Origin: Synechococcales cyanobacterium bin59.metabat.ball.084 | GTDB lineage: Bacteria > Cyanobacteriota > Cyanobacteriia > Cyanobacteriales > Chamaesiphonaceae | Length of the DNA: 22,564 nucleotides | Direction of reading: 5' to 3' | NCBI GenBank assembly: GCA_013297675.1 | Contig: JAAFHZ010000070.1 | Span: 1-22,564, forward strand | Shown here: positions 15,485 through 21,823 of the stretch, one piece after another | Numbering within the stretch: the first letter of the stretch is position 1 | Layout of the letters: each line of letters begins with the position of its first letter | Notes under the pieces: model-generated | Databases searched by the model: none | Seen by the model: only the letters and a program-made list of their open reading frames with translations | Told to the model about the DNA's origin: nothing | Made by a program: the position numbers and the translations under genes

Positions 15485-18086
15485 AAGCCATCTTCGTAAA
15501 ACTGATCCGATTCTCCTTGATAGGTTGATGCACGCTAAAGCAGGAGAAGTGTTGCGGGTGGCAATGACGCTCAACGCTGAAGCATTGGAAGCTGAGAAAA
15601 CTTTGACTTTGCCCACTCTCGATCCTGGTCAGTTTCCTTCACGGGTAGATTATCGACAAGCTCTGATTCAGCAACAACAAGCTCGATTAGAGACGAATTT
15701 GGGTGCAACAATTCAAGATTTGCAGGATCTTTCTTTGAAAACTTATGGTGGTACAACTAGTCGAGTGATTATTATTGAGGGTACGGCTGAACAAATTATC
15801 AAGTCTTTGGATTTAACGGGGGTTCACCATGCCAGTTTTGATCAATCGATCAGAATTGAACCTGCTTTGCCTTCTCAAGAAATGCTAAAATCCGCAGAGT
15901 ACTTGACGCAAGTTGCGATCAGGATTCTTGAATCACAAAAGGGTGAAAACATTCTGGGACAAGATCTAATTCGCCTAAACTTTAAGATTTTCATGGGGAG
16001 TAACTATAACCAAAAGAATAATAATGTTGTTGATGCTCAATTGATTAGTCATGCTTTTGAAAAGTATGTTGAGAATTACAAAGCTCGTTACTGTCTTTTG
16101 AAAGTATTGGGGATGCGTAAACCAGTAGAATTAGAGTCGGTTTATACAGATGTAAGATTGCTAAATGATATTGATATTCATCAATTTGAATCATTACAGG
16201 AAATGGAGAAGGCTTATCGAAAACAAACAAATATTCAATCTAAGAGTAGTCAAAGAGGCGGAGTAGATATTGCTAACCAACAAAGATTCTTAATGGTATT
16301 AGGTGCTCCTGGGGCTGGTAAATCCACTTTTTTGCGTCGAATAGGATTAGAAGCTTTAAAGGGTAAAAATTCACTCTTCGAGCATTCTTGTATTCCTATA
16401 TTGATAGAACTAAAACAGTTGAATAATATCAGTGTTGATCTAAGTAAGTTGATTGTAGAGGAGTTTGAATCATGTGATTTTCCTGATGCTCAAGAATTTG
16501 TAATGGCAGCGATACATCAGGGTAAACTGCTATTACTCTTAGATGGATTAGATGAAGTACCAACTTCTAGCCTAAGTGAAGTTGTCAATGAAATCATAAA
16601 TTTTGTGCAAAACAATCCAAAAAATAGATATATTTTCTCCTGTCGTACGGCTGCTTATCGCCAAGAGTTTCGTGGTTTTGTAAACGTAAAGATGGCAGAG
16701 TTTGAAGATGATCAAATCCAACAATTTATTAATAACTGGTTTAAGTCTGAAGTTGATCAAAAGGCCAATACTGCAGAACGCTGTTGGAATGATTTGCAAC
16801 AGCCAGAGCAGCAGGGAGCAAAAGAACTAGCTCATACACCATTATTACTAACATTTTTATGTTTGGTTTATGACCGCTCACAGAAATTTCCAATCAATCG
16901 CAGTGTTCTGTATAGCAAAGCCCTACGAATTTTAATGGAAGAATGGGCTGCGGATAAACGAATTTTGCAAGATGCTATATATCAAGGACTCAGTACAGAT
17001 CTAGAGGAAATTTTATTATCTGAAATTGCAGCAACTGGATTTGAAGCAAATCAAATGTTTTTTTCCAAAGGCAAATTGATTGACAGAATAAGGATATTTT
17101 TAGCTAATAATTTGAATGCTCCTAATCAATTGGATGGAGAAGCCATATTAAATGCAATTGTAGTTCAACAAGGTATTTTAGTGGAGCGCGCTGAGGATGC
17201 TTATTCTTTTTCTCACCTTACTTTGCAAGAATACCTAACAGCTCAATATATTAGTGACAATTCAGCCATTAAACATCTGGTGAGAGTCCATTTAACTGAT
17301 CCACGTTGGCAAGAGGTGTTTCTTATGGTGGCTGGACTCATGCGAGGTGGAGTAGATGAATTACTATTGTTAATGGAAGATCAGGCACAAAAATTTATTA
17401 GCCCTTCATGTAAACATGATGAAGATGTATTAGAATCCAGCTCTAATTTACAAAATCTTTTACAGTGGGCAGATTCAGTAGTAATGACTTCAGAAGAAGG
17501 AAGTAAACTTGCAACTAAACGATCAGAGGCCATTTTTCTAGCACTAAATCTTATCTACGATTATGATCGTAGCATTGACCGTGCTCGTAATCGTGCTCTT
17601 AATCTTGCTATTGACCTTACCAGTGAACGCGACCTCGCTATTGATCGTGCTCGTGATCGGGCACTCAACTTTGCAATCAACCTTACGACGATAAATAATA
17701 ATCTTGTTAACCCAGATGAGAAGGGTATTTACATGGCTCGTAATCGTGCTATTGCAAATGTCCAAAATTATCAAAAAATAAAAATTTTTCAACCCGAAAT
17801 CTACACGAATTTGATTTCAAGTATAGAGAGTTTGCAACCTGATGTTGTAGCGGGCGATCAAACTTTTGAGTTTATTCTTCGTATTAATTCTCTTTGGTTT
17901 GAGGCACTTCATTTGGAACCAGATACATTAAGATTTTCGCAGGATGAGAGAGAAAGGCTAGAAAAATATCTGTATTCGAATGAATTAATTGTAAAATGTA
18001 AAAAATCAGCGGTGCTTGTTTCAAAACAGACTTGGTCAATGATTGAGGATCGTATGTTCAAGGTTTTAACACCACTGAAAACATGA
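15471..18086 (+). CDS. NACHT-domain STAND NTPase (bacterial NLR-like) with a prodomain-like N-terminus and a helical-repeat C-terminus
   Basis: Walker A is LGAPGAGKST (G278-T286) and Walker B is LLLLDGLDE (D358). It also has CRTAAY, HTPLLLTFLCLVY and the WH-like FSHLTLQEYLTAQYI. The GTG start at 15471 overlaps the S8 stop by 14 nt; the alternative ATG is at 15528. Confidence 0.92.
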   Translation: MNLNESHLRKTDPILLDRLMHAKAGEVLRVAMTLNAEALEAEKTLTLPTLDPGQFPSRVDYRQALIQQQQARLETNLGATIQDLQDLSLKTYGGTTSRVIIIEGTAEQIIKSLDLTGVHHASFDQSIRIEPALPSQEMLKSAEYLTQVAIRILESQKGENILGQDLIRLNFKIFMGSNYNQKNNNVVDAQLISHAFEKYVENYKARYCLLKVLGMRKPVELESVYTDVRLLNDIDIHQFESLQEMEKAYRKQTNIQSKSSQRGGVDIANQQRFLMVLGAPGAGKSTFLRRIGLEALKGKNSLFEHSCIPILIELKQLNNISVDLSKLIVEEFESCDFPDAQEFVMAAIHQGKLLLLLDGLDEVPTSSLSEVVNEIINFVQNNPKNRYIFSCRTAAYRQEFRGFVNVKMAEFEDDQIQQFINNWFKSEVDQKANTAERCWNDLQQPEQQGAKELAHTPLLLTFLCLVYDRSQKFPINRSVLYSKALRILMEEWAADKRILQDAIYQGLSTDLEEILLSEIAATGFEANQMFFSKGKLIDRIRIFLANNLNAPNQLDGEAILNAIVVQQGILVERAEDAYSFSHLTLQEYLTAQYISDNSAIKHLVRVHLTDPRWQEVFLMVAGLMRGGVDELLLLMEDQAQKFISPSCKHDEDVLESSSNLQNLLQWADSVVMTSEEGSKLATKRSEAIFLALNLIYDYDRSIDRARNRALNLAIDLTSERDLAIDRARDRALNFAINLTTINNNLVNPDEKGIYMARNRAIANVQNYQKIKIFQPEIYTNLISSIESLQPDVVAGDQTFEFILRINSLWFEALHLEPDTLRFSQDERERLEKYLYSNELIVKCKKSAVLVSKQTWSMIEDRMFKVLTPLKT
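17574..17759 (+). repeat. In-frame degenerate repeats encoding IDRAR(N/D)RALN(L/F)AI(D/N)L in the NACHT C-terminal region
   Basis: attgaccgtgctcgtaatcgtgctcttaatcttgctattgacctt (17574-17618) and attgatcgtgctcgtgatcgggcactcaactttgcaatcaacctt (17640-17684) are 66 nt apart. A third partial copy ARNRAIAN is at 17736-17759. Confidence 0.8.
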
Positions 18087-18200
18087 TATAGCGGTTCCAG
18101 ATCGAATGCGGTGTAAGTAATTGTTGCCTAGCAGGGCTTAGAGCCACCTAAATTCATTTCATCCGAGACGGAACCACTATAATGACTGTTTTTATTTATT
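18087..18200. repeat. Long imperfect palindrome (about 95 nt, rod-like hairpin) plus a T-rich tract directly after the NACHT stop. It could be a terminator, a MITE-like element or a structured RNA.
   Basis: tatagcggttcc (18087-98) pairs with ggaaccactata (18170-81) at 11/12 positions. Inner pairings are gatcgaatg (18100-08) with catttcatc (18155-63), ggtg with cacc, and taag with ctta. The sequence tgactgtttttatttattt follows. Confidence 0.4.
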
Positions 18201-18285
18201 TGGAACATTATACTTTCGTATTTACAATAAATTAGTACTAGTAAATCCTACCTTTTATTGAGTAATAGATAGTATCTTAAAACTA

Positions 18286-18516
18286 TCATGAATCTAAAAA
18301 CTCTTCTTGGTCTAGAGCCATAAAAGCCAGCAGCTCCATATCTTGGGAATAATCATCAACTGCGGTGGTCGCGGCAATCCCCATTTGTTTTCGTCTTTGT
18401 TCTCTGGTCAGTGCTTGGCGGTTGATTTGGACTAGTTGCAGAGCTGTTTCTGCAATTTTAAGCTGATCGATGGGGTTTAGCTGTGGCAAGCTTGCTAGAA
18501 TTTCAGAGGTTCCCAT
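18286..18516 (-). CDS. Small hypothetical protein (76 aa), possibly an orphan antitoxin-like or addiction-module-like component
   Basis: The ORF is MGTSEILASLPQLNPIDQLKIAETALQLV...QEEFLDS, helical with an acidic C-terminus. No partner ORF of at least 60 aa lies adjacent. The family guess is weak. Confidence 0.4.
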   Translation of the reverse strand: MGTSEILASLPQLNPIDQLKIAETALQLVQINRQALTREQRRKQMGIAATTAVDDYSQDMELLAFMALDQEEFLDS

Positions 18517-18692
18517 GATTTCATTAGTAATGGGTATATCTATCCAGTATAACGGTCAGAGTGAAAACCAGCATTATTTGTTAGAAAGAGAGTTCAATGT
18601 GTCATTAATTTGTACAATCAGCGATCGTGCTGGCCGGATTGCTGCGGTTCCCGGTTAGGATATAGTTTGCAATCCTCCCATATTTTTCTGCC

Positions 18693-19844
18693 ATGAAGTT
18701 TCTTTGTCAGCAAGCCGATCTTAGCTCCAGTCTTTCGTTGGTGAGCCGAGCAGTCTCGGGTAAGCCCAGCCTGCCAATTTTGACCAACATCAAGCTGGTG
18801 GCCACTGCTGGGCGGGTGCAGTTGACCGGGTTTGACCTGAGTTTGGGCATTCAGACTAGCTTTGGGGCAGAGGTGAGCGAAGCAGGAGAGATTGCCCTGC
18901 CCGCGAAGTTGTTGAATGATATTGTTTCTCGGCTGCCCAGCGGCGAGATTACGATCGAACAAAATGATTCTCAGAATGGTGATGGCATTGTTGTCACCGT
19001 AAAATCTCAGACTGGTACTTATCAGGTGCGGGGCATGGATGCCACGGAGTTCCCGGAGTTGCCCGAACCAGAAGACGGCGAGATTCAACATTTGCCGATC
19101 ACGGCTTTGATTGATGGTTTACGGGGGGCGTTGATTGCTTGTAGCCAAGATGAAACCAAGCCGATTTTAACCGGGGTGAATTTTAAGCTAGAGGCCGAGA
19201 AGCTGGAGTTTGCGGCTACTGATGGCCACCGGTTAGGGGTGGTGGAGACTTTCTTAGAGGCGGAGCAGGGGGCGGAGAGCACTTTGGAGCTGACGGTGCC
19301 AGCGCGGGCTTTGCGGGAGCTGGAGAAGATGTTGGGGGGTAAGCAGGCCATTGAAAAAATTAGTTTTAGTTTGGGTGAGGGTCAGGCGGTGTTTGCTTGG
19401 GAGACTGCCCATGGTCAGCAGCAGTTGATTACTCGGACGATCGAGGGCAATTATCCAGATTATCGGGCGTTGATTCCGAGTAGTTTTGGCAAGCAGGTGA
19501 CGATCGATCGAAAGCAGTTGGTTTCGGCGCTGGAGCGGATTGCAGTTTTGGCCGATCAGCATAATAATTTGGTGAAGTTCACGATTAGCAATGAAAATCA
19601 GTCATTAGATCTTTCGGTAGAGGCTCAAGATATCGGTAGTGGTCGAGAGTCTTTGACTGCTCAGGTTTCGGGTGATGATATTGAGATTGCTTTTAATGTG
19701 CGCTATTTGCTGGATGGTTTGAAAAATATTAATGCTCAGGATGTAGCGATTAATCTCAATGGAGTTTTGGAGCAGGTGGTATTTTCACCAGTGGGCGGTG
19801 CGAAGACTATTTATTTGGTGATGCCGGTGCAGATTCGGGGTTAG
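18693..19844 (+). CDS. dnaN: DNA polymerase III beta sliding clamp
   Basis: 383 aa starting MKFLCQQADLSSSLSLVSRAVSGKPSLPILTNIKLVA, with a three-domain length and the characteristic ATDGHRL and C-terminal YLVMPVQIR. Confidence 0.97.
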   Translation: MKFLCQQADLSSSLSLVSRAVSGKPSLPILTNIKLVATAGRVQLTGFDLSLGIQTSFGAEVSEAGEIALPAKLLNDIVSRLPSGEITIEQNDSQNGDGIVVTVKSQTGTYQVRGMDATEFPELPEPEDGEIQHLPITALIDGLRGALIACSQDETKPILTGVNFKLEAEKLEFAATDGHRLGVVETFLEAEQGAESTLELTVPARALRELEKMLGGKQAIEKISFSLGEGQAVFAWETAHGQQQLITRTIEGNYPDYRALIPSSFGKQVTIDRKQLVSALERIAVLADQHNNLVKFTISNENQSLDLSVEAQDIGSGRESLTAQVSGDDIEIAFNVRYLLDGLKNINAQDVAINLNGVLEQVVFSPVGGAKTIYLVMPVQIRG

Positions 19845-19877
19845 AATAAGCTATAAAACTTACAAGAGAGGTATTCG

Positions 19878-20318
19878 ATGATGTCCTTTGAAGAAATGCA
19901 GTCTATCTTGCAAGAAATTCTGCTATCGCAACGACAGTTTCAGGCTGAAATAGTAGAGACAAAAGCAACTGCCGAACGTGCTAACCAAGCGGCTGAACGT
20001 GCCAACCAAGCGGCTGAACGTGCTAACCAAGCGGCTGAACGTGCTACTCAAGTTGCTGAACGTGCTACCCAAGTTGCTGAATCTAATGGTCGTGCTATTC
20101 AAGCAATGCTTGAACAAGCCGCTACTGATCGACTCGAAGCGCAAGAACGCGCCAAACATCATGAGGAACGAATGCAGCGGCTTGAAAATCTATCTGCGGG
20201 TCTAATTAATCTCACTGTCTCGCTTGATGAAGACCGCCCTACCATCCTTCGCCTCTTGAACTCTAATAACAACAAGCTTGACTTACTGCTCGATCGATTA
20301 CCTCCTCAACAGCAGTAA
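19878..20318 (+). CDS. Small coiled-coil protein with heptad AERA(N/T)Q(A/V) repeats
   Basis: 146-aa ORF starting 33 bp after dnaN, preceded by the RBS-like agagagg. It is predicted to be strongly helical and I recognise no family. Confidence 0.6.
   Translation: MMSFEEMQSILQEILLSQRQFQAEIVETKATAERANQAAERANQAAERANQAAERATQVAERATQVAESNGRAIQAMLEQAATDRLEAQERAKHHEERMQRLENLSAGLINLTVSLDEDRPTILRLLNSNNNKLDLLLDRLPPQQQ
19971..20081 (+). repeat. Five and a quarter tandem copies of a 21-bp unit (gctgaacgtgctaaccaagcg)
   Basis: Units start at 19971, 19992, 20013, 20034 and 20055, with a partial unit at 20076-20081. Units 1-3 encode AERANQA and units 4-5 encode AERATQV. Confidence 0.95.
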
Positions 20319-20395
20319 ACATTACCTCAGGTTTTATAATCAGAAGAACAATCACTATGAAAACCTTCGGAAAATGCTTTGTTCAGCATTTCCTG

Positions 20396-21288
20396 GTTCC
20401 AATCCTCGACTGCCCTGAAGGTTGATCGCTGCGTGCTGCTGCTCGACGAAAACAACGAACCACTCCATGTTCCAATCCTCGATCGCCCCGAAGGGCAATC
20501 GCTACTCTTTTTCTTGAGCAATTCCATGTTTTGATCGGTTCCAATCCTCGATCGCCCCGAAGGGCAATCGCTACCTTCGACCTACGCTAAATTTTACCTC
20601 CATGGTTTGTTCCAATCCTCGATCGCCCCGAAGGGCAATCGCTACGGCAGTTTGTCCGCAATGCATTCTCTAAAACCAATAGTTCCAATCCTCGATCGCC
20701 CCGAAGGGCAATCGCTACTAAGGATTTACTAAGAGATTTCTTTCCACCACCAATGGTTCCAATCCTCGATCGCCCCGAAGGGCAATCGCTACCCGGCGTT
20801 GGACTTTACACAGGTACTTCAGACGTTCCAATCCTCGATCGCCCCGAAGGGCAATCGCTACACTGCTGACTGGGTAGATGAGCTGAGCTGGGATGTAGTT
20901 CCAATCCTCGATCGCCCCGAAGGGCAATCGCTACTTCAGCACCCACCTGCGATGCTGACCTGTCCAGTTCCAATCCTCGATCGCCCCGAAGGGCAATCGC
21001 TACCTGATAACCCAAGAATAACTACTTTAGGGTGGATGATTGTTCCAATCCTCGATCGCCCCGAAGGGCAATCGCTACCACAAAGGGCGATATCTGCACC
21101 CAACGATAAAGTTCCAATCCTCGATCGCCCCGAAGGGCAATCGCTACAGACAGGCAAGCTGCTGAGGACGAGGCTAGAGTTCCAATCCTCGATCGCCCCG
21201 AAGGGCAATCGCTACTTTGGGCTATGTGCCAGTTTTTGAGCGCAGGGAGAAGTTCCAATCCTCGATCGCCCCGAAGGGCAATCGCTAC
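20396..21288 (-). CRISPR. CRISPR array with 13 repeats of 37 nt (12 identical, 1 degenerate distal) and 12 spacers of 31-38 nt
   Basis: The plus-strand repeat is gttccaatcctcgatcgccccgaagggcaatcgctac. Repeats start at 20396 (degenerate, 7/37 mismatches), 20469, 20538, 20609, 20682, 20756, 20825, 20898, 20967, 21042, 21111, 21179 and 21252. I infer minus-strand orientation from the degenerate repeat lying far from cas1-cas2, the minus-strand cas genes, and the minus-strand repeat GTAGCGATTGCCCTTCGGGGCGATCGAGGATTGGAAC ending in ATTGGAAC. Confidence 0.97.
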
Positions 21289-21458
21289 AGCCCCCATTTT
21301 AAACCCTTACGCAGCAAAAGCTTCAGCACCCGCCAACGCGAACCCCCAAAATCCAACATCATTCCAGACCCCTCAAACATACAGCAACCAACCTCAAACC
21401 CTTGCCCAGCAAGCCAACGCGAACCTCCCAGGAAAACCACCAGCACTAGAGGTTCGCG
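21289..21458 (-). promoter_or_regulatory. CRISPR leader between cas2 and the first repeat
   Basis: A 170-bp non-coding stretch flanked by the cas2 stop and the newest repeat (21252-21288). It contains an internal imperfect duplication and three copies of ACGCGAACC. Confidence 0.6.
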
Positions 21459-21752
21459 TCATAAAATCAACGGCTCATTAAAATCTACATACTTATCAAT
21501 GCCATAAGCCTCCACCGATCGATCACGGCCACCCATCAACTTATAGAATCGCAGACTATCCAACTGCAAATCAACAATCTTCAACAGCTTCGCCCTAAAC
21601 ATCTCAAACTGCATCTCATCAATCTCACACTCAAACACCGACAACTGCACCCGCTGACCATAATCTTTACAGACGATCGCCAGCTTGCGCAACCGTCGCG
21701 CCCCCGCCCGCGACTCCGTTTCACCCACATCATAAGTCACCAAAATATTCAT
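21459..21752 (-). CDS. cas2: CRISPR-associated endoribonuclease Cas2
   Basis: MNILVTYDVGETESRAGARRLRKLAIVCKDYGQRVQLSVFECEI...SLRFYKL is a canonical Cas2. The true start is ATG 21752, preceded by GGAG; the ORF-track start at 21797 is an upstream extension. Confidence 0.93.
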   Translation of the reverse strand: MNILVTYDVGETESRAGARRLRKLAIVCKDYGQRVQLSVFECEIDEMQFEMFRAKLLKIVDLQLDSLRFYKLMGGRDRSVEAYGIDKYVDFNEPLIL

Positions 21753-21823
21753 ACGTTTATTTCTCCAATAATTTAACGTAGGTTGAGCGGCTAGCACTGA
21801 GCGGAGCCGAAGTGAGTCGAAAC

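Noticed and set aside
13057-18086. Gasdermin-like or other obvious pore-forming substrate gene next to the S8 protease
   Set aside because: No additional ORF of at least 60 aa exists between or flanking Fic, S8 and NACHT on either strand apart from antisense artefacts. A classical protease-gasdermin system is therefore not supported.
18517-18692. Possible oriC / DnaA-box cluster upstream of dnaN
   Set aside because: I scanned 18087-18692 for TTATCCACA or TTTTCCACA-type boxes on both strands and found none convincing; only ctatccagt is a poor match. There is no basis to call an origin here.
19923-20205. ORFs 19923..20162(-) and 19978..20205(+) with repetitive peptides (STFSRLV, TKRLNVL)
   Set aside because: They are alternative-frame readings of the 21-bp tandem repeat. 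The frame starting at 19878 has an RBS-like element, a sensible heptad repeat and a non-repetitive C-terminal half.
20433-21251. Self-targeting spacers, meaning spacers that match elsewhere in this window
   Set aside because: Visual comparison of the 12 spacers with the rest of the window found no match. This cannot exclude targets elsewhere in the genome.
20718-21297. Several ORFs on both strands (20718..20927-, 20799..21239+, 20806..21015-, 20936..21208-, 21022..21297-) with recurring peptides such as AIALRGDRGLE and VPILDRPEGQSL
   Set aside because: They are translations of the 37-nt CRISPR repeat read in different frames. The periodic identical peptides track the repeat spacing, so this is not coding sequence.
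21217-21507. Plus-strand ORFs 21217..21507 and 21224..21481 (Pro/Gln/Asn-rich)
   Set aside because: They span the last CRISPR repeat and the leader and run antisense into cas2. Their low-complexity composition reflects the C/A-rich leader strand.
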